Origin: Raja brachyura
Taxonomy: Eukaryota
Direction: 5' to 3'
Assembly (NCBI GenBank): GCA_963514005.1
Contig: OY740807.1
Coordinates: 2,046,001-2,110,000, forward strand
DNA: 64,000 nt
Below, one piece after another: positions 1 to 10,253 of the stretch. The first letter of the stretch is position 1, and each line of letters begins with the position of its first letter. The position numbers and the translations under genes were made by a program. The notes below the pieces were generated by a model. That model ran no database searches. It was not told the DNA's origin and saw only the letters and a list, made by a program, of their open reading frames with translations.

Positions 1-1040
1 TCCCAGGAATCAGTCTGGTGAATCTTCTATGTACCCCCTCTATGGCAAGAATGTCTTTCCTCAGATTTGGAGACCAAAACTGTATGCAATACTCCAGGTG
101 TGGCCTCACCAAAACCCTGTACAACTGCAGTAGAAGCTCCCTGCTCCTATACTCCAATCCTTTCGCTATGAATGCTAACATACCATTTGCTTTCTTCACT
201 GCCTGCTGCACCTGCATGCCTACTTTCAATGACTGGTGTACCATGACACCCAGTTCTCGTTGCATCTCCCCTTTTCCTAATCTGCCACCATTCAGATAAT
301 AGTCTACCCTCATGTTTTTGCCACCAAAGTGGATAAACTCACATTTATCCACATTATACTGCATCTGCCCATTCACTCAGCCTATCCAAATCACCCTGCA
401 GCCTCCAAGCATCCTCCTCACACCTAACTATACCCCCCAGCTTGGTGTCATCTGCAAATTTGGAGATGTTGCATTGAATCCCCTCGTCCAAATCATTAAT
501 ATATATTGTAAATAGCTGGGGTCCCAGCACCGAGCCTTGCGGTACCCCACTAGTCACTGCCTGCCATTCTGAAAAGGACCCGTTTACTCCTACCCTTTGC
601 TTCCTGTCTGCTAGCCAGTTCTCTATCCATTTCAATACTGAACCCCCAATACCGTGTGCTTTAAGTTTATATGCTAATCTCTTATGCGGGACCTTGTCGA
701 AAGCCTTCTGAAAGTCTAGATATAACACATCCACTGGTTCTCCCTTATCCACTCTACTAGTTACATCCTCGAAAAATTATATCAGATTTGTGAGACGATT
801 TACCTTTCGTAAATCCATGCTGACTTTGTCCAATGATTTCACCACTTTCCAAATGCGCTGCTATCCCATCTTTAATAACTGACTCTAGCAGTTTCCCCAC
901 TACCGATGTTAGACTAACTGGTCTGTAATTCCCCGCTTTCTCTCTCCCTCCTTTTTTAAAAAGTGGGATTACATTAGCTACCCTCTAATCCTCAGGAACT
1001 ACTCCAGAATCTAAGGAATTTTGAAAAATTTCTAAGGAAT
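1..1040 (-). mobile_element. CR1 (HER1-type) LINE fragment, RT region
   Basis: ORF 354..752(-) has CR1 RT motifs [30 protein letters not shown]; frameshifted and runs off the window edge. Confidence 0.9.
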
Positions 1041-1044
1041 TCCA

Positions 1045-1478
1045 GTCCGTGCCGACTATTTATTTTCCCCTAGTCCCATCTACCTGCACTCAGACCATAC
1101 CCCTCCATTCCCTTCCCGTCCATATACCTATCCACTTTACTTTTAAATGTTAAAATCGATCCTGCCTCCACCACTTCTGCTGGAAGATCATTCCACACAG
1201 CCACCACTCTCTGGGTAAAGAAGTTCCCCCTCATGTTACCCCTAAACTTCTGTCCCTTAATTCTCATGTCATGCCCTCTTGTTTGAATCTTCCATACCCT
1301 CAATGGGAAAAGCTTATGCACGTCAACTCTGTCGATCCCTTTCATCATTTTAAAGACCTCAATCAAGTCCTCCCTTAACCTTCTGCGCTCCAAAGAATAA
1401 AGACCTAACTTGTTCAACCTTTCTCTGTAACTTAGTTGCTGGAACCCAGGCAACATTCTAGTAAATCTCCTCTGTACA
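1045..1478 (-). mobile_element. CR1 LINE 3' end (GGTTATAT-tail subfamily)
   Basis: ORF 1070..1483(-) is the CR1 ORF2 C-terminus (GLYSLERRRLR, FFTQRVV..WN); nearly identical to copies at about 11700-12100, 27900-28300 and 62800-63140. Confidence 0.88.
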
Positions 1479-1489
1479 TACATTTTTAA

Positions 1490-2090
1490 TGTACATACAT
1501 TTTGTATTATGTGGGGGGGGGACTATTTTTTTTATCTCTTTCCTCGACGGAGATGCGACTTCTTCAACGTATCTCGTCTGCACAACGGCTTTAACACCGT
1601 GGAGCTGGGAGAAAAGGAGGAAATTAGGGATAAGTTACTTGACTTCCATCACAGTGGGGAATGTGAGGTCGCCGAAAAAACAAGATGGACTTGCTGCCTG
1701 CACTGGTGAGGACTCGGAGGCAGTGCCGTGAGTTCAGTGAGCTCGGTGTTTTGCAGGGACATGGCTCCGTGAGGACATCCCGGAGTCTGCGAGTGTGGAC
1801 GGGACGGTTCGGGCGGACAGGGACTGCAGAGAGAGTGACTGCGGTCGGTACAACTCTGGTCACATCACGGTGAAGGAGCGCGTGTGTGGCCCGGACATTG
1901 AACTGATGGCTTTGGGTCTCCGCTTATGCTGTGGCCCTGGGGATTCTCACACGCCGCTGTGGTGGCTGTTTAAGTCGATGTGTAATTTGTATGTGGTTAT
2001 GTATCTTGTTGTTTTTTTGAATGGTTGTTGGCAAATCAAATTCCTGGTATGTTTACATACTTGGCTAATAAATTAATTTCAATAAGAATT
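1490..2090 (+). mobile_element. Internally deleted Rex1/Babar-like LINE derivative (APE endonuclease remnant plus 3' tail)
   Basis: Translates in pieces as LAALVRT, TWLREDIP and RADRDCRES..GHITVKERVCGPDIEL, typical of Rex1/Babar EN; 3' tail ...catacttggctaataaa at about 2055-2072. Confidence 0.65.
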
Positions 2091-2099
2091 AAACGACAT

Positions 2100-2301
2100 T
2101 GAATTTGCCGTCAGCAGATTCTAAAGCGCCGGAAATCAGTCTCCGCCCACACAGGTTTCCTGGCCCCTCCCACTCATTACATTCCGGTTAATAAAGACAA
2201 CCAGAGGCTCTGGTTTCCAGACACTGGACCCCGAGCGGCTCCCGGACTTTGCAGTACAACACGAGTGGGTCTGAAGATTTGGTGTTCGCCTGTCCGGAAG
2301 A
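2100..2301 (+). promoter_or_regulatory. Putative IgL promoter region
   Basis: Directly upstream of the leader ATG. ETS-like CCGGAAAT 2129-2136 and ATTCCGG 2181-2187, GC box CCGCCC 2143-2148, TATA-like TAATAAA 2189-2195. Only degenerate octamers (ATTTGCCG 2103-2110, CTTTGCAG 2247-2254). Confidence 0.45.
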
Positions 2302-2350
2302 ATGGCCCCAGCGCTGCACCTCCTGTGGCCTCTGCTGCTGCTCCCAGCAG
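2302..2350 (+). CDS. IgL leader exon (MAPALHLLWPLLLLPA-G)
   Basis: ATG at 2302, hydrophobic signal peptide, donor CAG|GTGAGA at 2350/2351, phase 1. Confidence 0.88.
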
Positions 2351-4995
2351 GTGAGACTCGGGTTGGTTCACGACTGATTAGCTGCAACGAGGCTCGTTAA
2401 AATCTCCACCATCGTCGGTGCTCTACGCGTGTCTAGCCTTCTGTGGGCTCCAGATCACCCAGTCGTTTCATCTGTCCATAAGTGATGGGCCATTCAATCT
2501 CTATCTGATCTATCTCTTTCTCCTAACCCCATTCTCCTGCCTTCTCCCCATAACCCCTGTCACCCGTACGAAACACGGATCTATCTATCTCTGCCTTAGC
2601 TTGGCCTAAACCGCCGTCTGTGGCAATTAATTCACCTCCCTTGGACTAAAGAAACTCTTCATCATCTCATTCTGAAGGAATGTCCATTAGTTCTGAGGCT
2701 TTGATTAAGGTTTTCATTGTGTTTTGTTGAAGGTCTCCTGGCGATCCCAGTCCTGAATCAGACCCCAACGTCCGGACCTGTCTCCGCGGCACAAACCGTC
2801 CGCTTAGAGTGTCGGATGCAGAACGGAAATGTTGCAAGTTACAGTGTAAATTGGTATCGACAGCGTCCCGGGGAGAGACCAGAGTGGGTGATAAAGTATG
2901 AAACGGATAATGATATATTCCGTGGCAGTGGGATCACAGACCGGTTCCAACCGTCCAGAGATACCTCCGCCAACAGCTACATCCTGACCATCGGCACCCT
3001 GGAGCCCAGAGACGCCGCCGTCTACTACTGTGCAGTGTGGGAAAACAACGTGGGATACATCTTCAGCCCTGGGGGTATCCTGGATATAATTAGTAAGTGA
3101 CTCCCTCGTTCTGTTCCCATGAATCCCCTTTGCAGTCGTTCTCATTCCCCAGTCCGGGAACGCTCTGGAAAAACTTGCTCTGCCTCTACTCGGCGCGGGA
3201 GGCCATTCTGCCCATCGGGTCCGCGCCGTACGTCAGCGGTCGGGAGAGTATTCCCGCCTGCGGGGAACGCTAGCCCGCGGGGATTCCTGCATCGTTAACA
3301 CAAGTCGCAGTTTGCGACAATCAAACGCGTTAATGTTGGGGAAACAAGGAAGACAATTTGCAGGCATTCTGATGAATGACATTGAGGGGAATACTGTGCA
3401 GCGGGTTGGGCAAGTCGGTTAGAGAGTGTAGCGGGAAAGGACGTGTTGGCTCGGGGTGTAATCCGGGATGAACCGGTCGCTTCCTCGTCTCTTCACCTCT
3501 CAATAGTTTGCGGAGCCGCGCTGCTTCCCGCCGCTCCCCTTGCGTCACTTGACAGGGAGTGTTGGATATCCGGAGGCCTCTCCGGTACCGGTACTTCCCG
3601 CCATAACTCCTTAAAGTGGGTGCGGCACATTGGCTCAATGGTAGATATGTTGCCTCACTGCGCCAGATTCCCCGGTTCGAGCCTGACCTCGGGTGCTGTC
3701 TGTGTGGGGTTTGCAAGTTCTCCCTGTGACTCCCTGCGATTGCTCCGGTTTCCCCCCACATCCCAAAGACGTGCGGGTTTGGAGGTTAATTGCCCGACGG
3801 TGAATTGCCCCGAGTGTACGGGGAGTGGGTGAGAAGCGGGATATCATAGAACTAGTGTGAACGGGTGATAATGGTCAGTGTGGACTCGGTGGGCCGAAGG
3901 GCCAGTTTCCATGCTGTGTCTCCTAAAATAGCTACATTCGCAAATTCACATTCAAGCGAATTCCAGAGCTGGGGAATTATTGAACCCCGCAATGAAGTCG
4001 TCTCGACAGAGCGACGTAAAGCCGAGCGGCGCCAGGTGGAGGGACGAGGCCGGGACGGGGTGATGTTGCTCAAGTGGGTTTAGAGCTCTCGGCCTGGTGT
4101 TGGCTGCAAGGCGACAGCTGCGATTAACCTGGGCCAATCTTCATTAGCCGGCTTAGACCTGCTGGGTTCAATAGCCGCGTCCTTTTCCTCGACTTTCACG
4201 AATTGTTCGCGTCATCGACGGTCTTTTAGTTTTAGTTCTAGTTTTAGAGACAGCCCGAAAACAGGCCCTTCGGCCACCGAGTCCACACCGACCAAAGATC
4301 CCCGCAAACGAACATTACCCTACAAACACTAGGGACAATTTTACATTGATACCAAGTCAATGAACCTACACAACTGTCCGTCTTAGGGGTGCGGGAGGAA
4401 ACCGAAGATCTCGTAGAAAACCAATGCACACACGTCACGGTGATAAACGTACAAACTCCGTACGGACATGCACCTATATTTAGGATCCGACCCGGCTCTC
4501 TGGCGCTGTAAGACAGTTGCTCCAGCGCTGCACCACCGCGCCGCCCAGTCACTGACACTTTCCGTGGCCGAGTTCGTTTCTCTCGCGTTGGGGTCAGTGT
4601 GTGGCGCTGCCGACGGTCTCCATCAACTAATAATGTTTCTCTTCTCCTCCGCCTCTCCACACACAGGTAGCGAGTCTCGGAAGCCCTCACTTCTCCTGCT
4701 CCCTCCGTCTCCGGATGAAACTGGCACGGGCTCGGCCACACTCAGCTGCCTGGTGAGCGGCTTTAAGCCGGGCTTCGCGGCGCTGCGCTGGGCCGTGGAC
4801 GGCGTGGAGACGGAGAGCGGGGTGACGTCGGGCGCCGTGTCCCCGGACGCCGAACAGACGTACAGGCTGAGCAGTTACCTGCGGGTCCCCGCCGCCGCAT
4901 GGGACAAGGGCTCCAGCTATTCCTGCAGCGTCGGACATAGCTCGCTCAGCTCGCCTCTACGACACACCGTCTCGTCGTCCACCTGCGCGAACTGA
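2302..4995 (+). CDS. IgL: Immunoglobulin light chain, germline-joined VJ, sigma-cart (type I/NS5)-like; join(2302..2350,2733..3092,4667..4995), 245 aa
   Basis: Three exons with GT-AG phase-1 introns splice in frame (49+360+329=738 nt). Hydrophobic leader; V domain with C..WYRQRPG..DAAVYYC; J fused in frame; C1 domain (ATLSCLV..W..YSCSV.H) ending TCAN with the inter-chain Cys. Confidence 0.93.
2490..2700 (-). mobile_element. Degraded CR1 3' fragment in the leader-V intron
   Basis: tcctgccttctccccataaccc and following sequence resemble CR1 3' ends elsewhere in the window. Confidence 0.5.
2733..3092 (+). CDS. IgL pre-joined V-J exon
   Basis: Acceptor gttttgttgaAG|GT at 2732/2733; IPVLNQTP...LECRMQNGNV...WYRQRPG...YYC-AVWENNVGYI-FSPGGILDII; donor A|GTAAGT at 3092/3093; no heptamer/nonamer between V and J. 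Confidence 0.95.
3618..3930 (+). mobile_element. HE1-like V-SINE (tRNA head, V-domain, CR1-derived tail) in J-C intron
   Basis: A-box-like tggctcaatggt, B-box-like ggttcgagcc, V-SINE core gctccggtttccccccaca, CR1-like tail gggccgaagggccagtttccatgctgt. Confidence 0.8.
4224..4546 (-). mobile_element. HE1-like V-SINE, opposite orientation, in J-C intron
   Basis: Reverse-strand tail aaacaggcccttcggcc, core cgggaggaaaccg, head ccaccgcgccgccc; (ttttag)n tail at 4224-4246. Confidence 0.8.
4667..4995 (+). CDS. IgL constant exon (C1 domain)
   Basis: Polypyrimidine tract plus CAG|GT at 4666/4667; KPSLLLLPPSP..ATLSCLVSGFKPG..W..YRLSSYL..YSCSVGH..TCAN*. Confidence 0.95.
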
Positions 4996-5262
4996 GTTCG
5001 TGCCATTGGCATCGGCTGCCAATTCTCTGCTATGTTTAACACAGAGAGAGCTTCACTGTGGTCTGCCGCCACCTTGAGCAATGTAACCTATAGCAATGTC
5101 CACTTCTGGGAACAACACGAATATGTAATTATCTCAGAGATCAGTGCGAATTTCTTTGTAGATTTGTCCCCTGTGTCTTAATGCCTCTGGCTGCAGAGTG
5201 GGGGGAGATTCCCACGTAGACAGTAACCGTGTTGTGATTGGATCTGGTGTATCTCAGCTCTT

Positions 5263-5268
5263 AATAAA
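5263..5268 (+). terminator. Probable polyadenylation signal of the IgL gene
   Basis: First AATAAA after the stop (about 270 nt downstream), followed by GT-rich sequence. Confidence 0.6.
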
Positions 5269-5704
5269 GAGGAAAAACTGCGGTGTGATTCCATTGGTCT
5301 ATTTTCACGCGGTTCCTCGCAGTACATTGAGGGGTTTGGCGCAAAGACCTGGCGATCAGGAGCCGCCTTATACACAACTACAACCAGTTCCGCTCAAACG
5401 GCTCATTCTGCTCCTCTTGATCAATAGCACACTGTGTCCCGCACCGACCTCTTCCCCCCCCCTCTCCCACCGTCTGCCGGTCCCTCTATTCTGCGTCCCG
5501 TCTCCCTTACCTCCATCGCAACCTCACGTGTTTATCCTGCTCCCCATTTCCCACCTACCCCCCCCCCCCCCCCCCCCGCTCCCTCTGGATGCCAGATGCA
5601 CAATCTCGCCGCTCTTTGGTCAAATTTGGGGGTGGGGACACACACACACACACGAAACACGGAGCTGGACTCTTCCGCTCTGAACCATCCATGGAACACG
5701 TGGG

Positions 5705-5850
5705 TAGGTGAAAACTCGGGTAGAGACCCTTCTTCAGATTTAGCTCCGAACCAAAACGCTGAAGAAGGGTCTCGACCCGAAACGTCACCTATCTCCTGCG
5801 CTCCGTAGATGCTGCTGCACCCGCTGAGTTTCTCCAGCCTTTTGTGTACC
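5705..5850. repeat. Head-to-head pair of Penelope terminal-repeat units carrying a minimal hammerhead-ribozyme core
   Basis: 5705-5737(-) and 5759-5791(+) are inverted copies; the + copy reads CTGAAGA-A-GGGTCTCGACCC-GAAA-CG-TC. Confidence 0.7.
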
Positions 5851-6084
5851 CCCGTCACCTATCCATGTTCTCCATGGATGCTATCCGACCCATTACCAAT
5901 GCCTTTCCATGGTAAACCAGCATCTGCAGTTGCTTGTTTGCAGTTGCCGCTATAAATGAACGAAGTTCTCAGAACTCAGTAAGTGTGACGCTATCTCTCG
6001 GGAAGCATTCGCTACTGAGGGCCTAATGGGTGAACAGTAAAGTACACAAGAGCTGATCACCGGGTTGTGAATGTTTCTGAATAA

Positions 6085-7436
6085 ACTGCAGATGCTGGAA
6101 AATCGAAGGTAGACAAAAATGCTGGAGAAACCCAGCGGGTGAGGCAGCATCTATGGAGCGAAGGAAATAGGCAACGTTTCGGGTCCAGAGGGCGGGGGGG
6201 GGGGGGGATAAGAAAGGAAGAGGCGAAGACAGTAGGCTGAAAGAGAGCTGAGAAGGTGAGGAGAAAGCAGGGACTACCTGGAATTGGAGAAGTGCAGTCT
6301 AGATAGCCATAGGGGTCAGTGGGTGTCGGCCAGTACATCTACTTACTGACCGACATCTACTATAAACCCACTGAGTCCCATGGGTATCTGGACTAAGCTG
6401 CTTCCCACCCCGCTTCCTGTAAGGACTCCATCCCCCACTCCCAATTCCTCTGTCTACGCGGCATCTGCTCCCAGGATGAGGTGTTCCACTCCAGGGCATC
6501 GGAGGTGTCCTCATTCGTCAGGGAACGGGGCTTCCCCTCTTCTACTATAGATGAGGCTCTCACCAGGGTCTCTTCTATACCCCATAACTCTGCTCTCATT
6601 CCCCAACCGCTCACTCGTAACAAGGGCAGAATCCCCCTTGTCTTCGCCTTCCACCCTACCAGCCGTCACAAACAACAAATAATTCTCCGACTTTTTCGCC
6701 ACCTCTAACGGGATCCCACCACTGGCCACATCTTCCCATCTCCTCCCCTGTCTGCTTTCCACAGAGACCGCACCCTCTGTAACCCTGCTCAATTCATCCC
6801 ATCCCACCCAAACCACCCCCTCTCCTGGCACTTTCCCTTGCAACTGCAGGAAATGCTACACTTGTAGCTTTACCTCCCCCCTCGACTCCATTCAAGGACC
6901 CAAGCAGTCTTTCCAGGTGCGGGAGAGATTCACCTGCACCTCCTCCAACCACATCTATTGCATCCGCTGCTATAGGTGTCAGCTGCTCTACATTGGCGAG
7001 ACCAAGCGTAGGCTTGGCGATCGCTTCGCCCAACACCTCCGCTCGGTTCGCATTAACCAACCTTATCTCCCGGTGGATCAGCACTTCAACTCGCTCTCCC
7101 ATTCCGAATCTGACCTTTCAGTCCTTGGCCTCCTCCATGGCCAAAGTAAGGCCCACCATAAATTGGAGGAGCAGCACCTCATATTTCGCTTGGGCAGTTT
7201 ACACCCCAGTGGGTTGAACATTGACTTCTCCAGTTTCAGGCAGTCCCTGCTTTCTCCTCCCCTTCTCAGCTCTCCCTCAAACCCACTGTCTCCGCCTATT
7301 CATTTCTTCTTTTCTTCTTCCCGCCCCCCACCCTCACATCAGTCTGAAGAAGGGTCTCGACCCGAAACTTTGCCTATCTCCTTCGCTCCATAGATGCTGC
7401 CTCACCCGTTGAGTTTCTCCAGCATTTTTGTCTACC
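6085..7436 (+). mobile_element. Penelope-like retroelement (RT C-terminus plus GIY-YIG endonuclease) with inverted terminal repeats
   Basis: ORF 6917..7393 has IYCIRC..C..LYIGETKRRLGDRF.QH (GIY-YIG); about 6105-6295 is an inverted copy of about 7223-7436. Confidence 0.88.
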
Positions 7437-7974
7437 ACTGGGCTGTGAATGGTCCTATTAAAGACAGGGCTTTATTTCGTTAATACATGAGCATTTATTG
7501 ATCGGTTCATTAATTAGACACACGCGATGTGAGTTACAACCACAGACTCTCACAAATAATTCAATGAATGCCCACAGAAACGATCATGAGGTGAAATGGG
7601 TGTCTGAGGGGTTGGGTGAAGCCATTTCATTGGGGTTGATGATTGAGGAGAAGGTGGGAGCTGGAGATTGGGTGTAAAGTATAAGGAAAGTCAGGATGCC
7701 GAGTTTAATGCTGCATACCGATATTGTATGTGCCGTAAGTCTCAATGAATGGTTAGAGAAGTATAAATAAAAATATGGAGATTGTCAGGGTGCAAAGACT
7801 TGTGTCATGAGGTAAGAAATTCCAACCGGATAAACAGCGTTTTTTATTGAGACCAGTCATTAAATTATAGAGCGGCACATCACAGAAACAGGCCCTTCAG
7901 GTCACCTTACCCCTCCGACCAAGTTGGCATGCCGGGCTAGTCACATTTGGTTGTAAGCTGTGGGCCGAGCATCG

Positions 7975-10090
7975 AAAATAGAAACATAGAAATTAGGTGC
8001 AGGAGTAGGCCATTCGGCCCTTTGAGCCTGCACCGCCATTCAATATGATCATGGCTGATCATCCAAATCAGTATCCCGTACCTGCCTTTTGTCCATACCC
8101 TCTGATCCCCTTAGCCACAAGGGCCACAACTAACTCCCTCTTAAATATAGCCAATGAACTGGCCTCAACTATCCTCTGTGGCAGAGAGTTCCAGAGACCC
8201 ACCACTCTCTGTGTGAAAAAAGTCCTTCTCATCTCGGTCCAAAAGGATTTCCCCCTTTTCCTTAAGCTGTGACCCTTTGTCCTGGACCTCCCCAACATCG
8301 GGAACAATCTTCCTGCATCTAGCCTGTCCAACCCCTTAAGAATTTTGTAAGTTTCTATAAGATCGCCTCTCAATCTCCTAAATTCTAGAGAGTATAAACT
8401 GAGTCTATGCAGTCTTTGTTCATAAGACAGTCCTGACATCCCAGGAATCAGTCTGGTGAACCTTCTCTGCACTCCCTCTATGGCAATAATATCCTTCCTC
8501 AGATTTGGAGACCAGAAATGTATGGAATACTCCAGGTGTAGTCTCACCAAGACCCTATACAACTGAAGTAGAACCTCCCAGCTCCTATACTCAAATCCTT
8601 TTCCTATGAAAGCTAACATGCCATTCGCCTTCTTCACTGCCTGCTGCACCTGCGTGCCTACTTTCAATGACCGGTGTACCATGACACCCAGGTTGTGCTG
8701 CATCTCCCCTTTTCCCAATCGGCCTCCATTTAGATAATTGTTTTCCTATTTTTGCCACCAAAGTGGATAACCTCACATTTATCCACATTATACTGCATCT
8801 GCCAAACATTTGCCCACTCACCCAGCCTATCCAAGTCACCCTGCAGTCTCCTAGCATCCTCCTCACAGCTAACACTGCCCCCCAGCTTAGTGTCATCTGC
8901 AAACTTGGAGATATTGCCTTCAATTCCCTCATCCAGATCATTAATGTATATTGTAAATAGCTGGGGTCCCAGCACTGAGCCTTGCGGTACCCCACTAGTC
9001 ACTGCCTGCCATTGTGATAACGACCCGTTTACTCCTACTCTTTGCTTCCTGTTTGCCAGCCAGTTCTCTATCCACATCATTACTGAACTCCCAATGCCGT
9101 ATGCTTTAAGTTTATATACTAATCTCTTATGTGGGACCTTGTTGAAAGCCTTCTGGAAGTCCAGATACACCACATCCACTAGTTCTCCCCTATCCATGCT
9201 ACTAGTTACATCCTCGAAAAATTCCACAAGATTCGTCAGACATGATTTACCTTTCGTAAATCCATGCTGACTTTGTCCAATGATTTCACCACTTTCCAAA
9301 TGTGCTGCTATCCCATCTTTAATAACTGACTCTAGAAGTTTCCCCACTACCGATGTTAGACTAACTGGTCTGTAATTCCCCGTTTTCTCTTTCCCCCCCT
9401 TCTTAAAAAGAGGAGTTACATTTGCTACCCGCCAATCCTCAGGAACTACTCCAGAATCTAAAGAGTTTTGAAAGATTATCACTAATGCATCCACTATTTC
9501 CGGAGCTACTTCCTTAAGTACTCTGGGATGCAGCCTATCTGGCCCTGGGGATTTATCGGCCTTTAATCCATTCAATTTACCCAACACCACTTCCCGACTA
9601 ACATGGATTTCACTCAAGTCCTCCTTTGACCCGCGGTCCCCTGCTATTTCCAGCAGATTATTTATGTCTTCCTTAGTGAAGATGGAACCAAAGTAGTTAT
9701 TCAATTGGTCCGCCATATCCTTGTTCCCCATGATCAACTCGCCTGTTTCTGACTGCAAGGGACCGACATTTGTTTTAATTAATCTCTTTCTCTTCACATA
9801 TCTATAAAACTTTGCAGTCAGTTTTTATGTTCCCTGCCAGTTTTCTTTCATAATCTATTTTTCCTTTCCTAATCAAGCCCTTTGTCCTCCTCTGCTGGTC
9901 TCTGAATTTCTCCCAGTCCTCTGGTATGCTGCTTTTTCTGGCTACTTTGTACGCATCATCCTTTGCTTTGATACTATGCCTGATTTCCCTTGTTATCCAT
10001 GGATGCACTACCTTCCCTGATCTATTCTTTGCCAAACTGGGATGAACATTTTTTTTAGTTCATCCATGCAGTCTTTAAATGTCTTCCATT
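7975..10090 (-). mobile_element. CR1 LINE, 5'-truncated, with (TTTCTATG)n-type tail
   Basis: ORFs 8730..9797, 8068..8718 and 9802..10035(-) give CR1 RT and C-terminus; tail at 7975-7991. Confidence 0.92.
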
Positions 10091-10253
10091 CTAGAAAATG
10101 TTTCTAGAATTTGTGTCACCCGTGTCTGGGAAATACTTGAAAGTTTGCACAGATTTAGATATAACATAATTGAGAAGGAAGTCATAACTCGTCAGTGCAA
10201 AAAGTTGCACGTTAATTCATGAATCCAATTAGAATATGATGTCGAAAAAGTAG

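Noticed and set aside
18-515. Recurrent ORFs such as MNLLCTPSMARM and [17 protein letters not shown] (also at 8752, 20490, 40795, 53386)
   Set aside because: They are antisense shadows of CR1 ORF2, not a gene family.
3026-3032. Cryptic heptamer TACTGTG at the V 3' end, and isolated CACAGTG/CACTGTG at about 1650, 5054 and 5429
   Set aside because: TACTGTG is simply the Tyr-Cys codons; no nonamer at 12 or 23 spacing was seen for any of them.
2733-3092. T-cell receptor gamma or VpreB interpretation of the V exon (YYCAVW)
   Set aside because: The linked C exon ends in a secreted light-chain-type Cys tail followed by a stop and poly(A) signal, with no transmembrane exon; the FR1 resembles cartilaginous-fish type I light chains.
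2717-3100. ORF-track starts and stops for the V ORF (2717..3100) and C ORF (4468..4995) as standalone proteins
   Set aside because: They are exon read-throughs into introns; consensus splice sites define the real exons.
3618-3690. tRNA gene
   Set aside because: It is the tRNA-derived head of a SINE, continuing into the V-domain and LINE tail.
5966-5974. STAT-type TTCTCAGAA and a nearby TATAAA downstream of the gene
   Set aside because: Single short motifs expected by chance; no supporting context.
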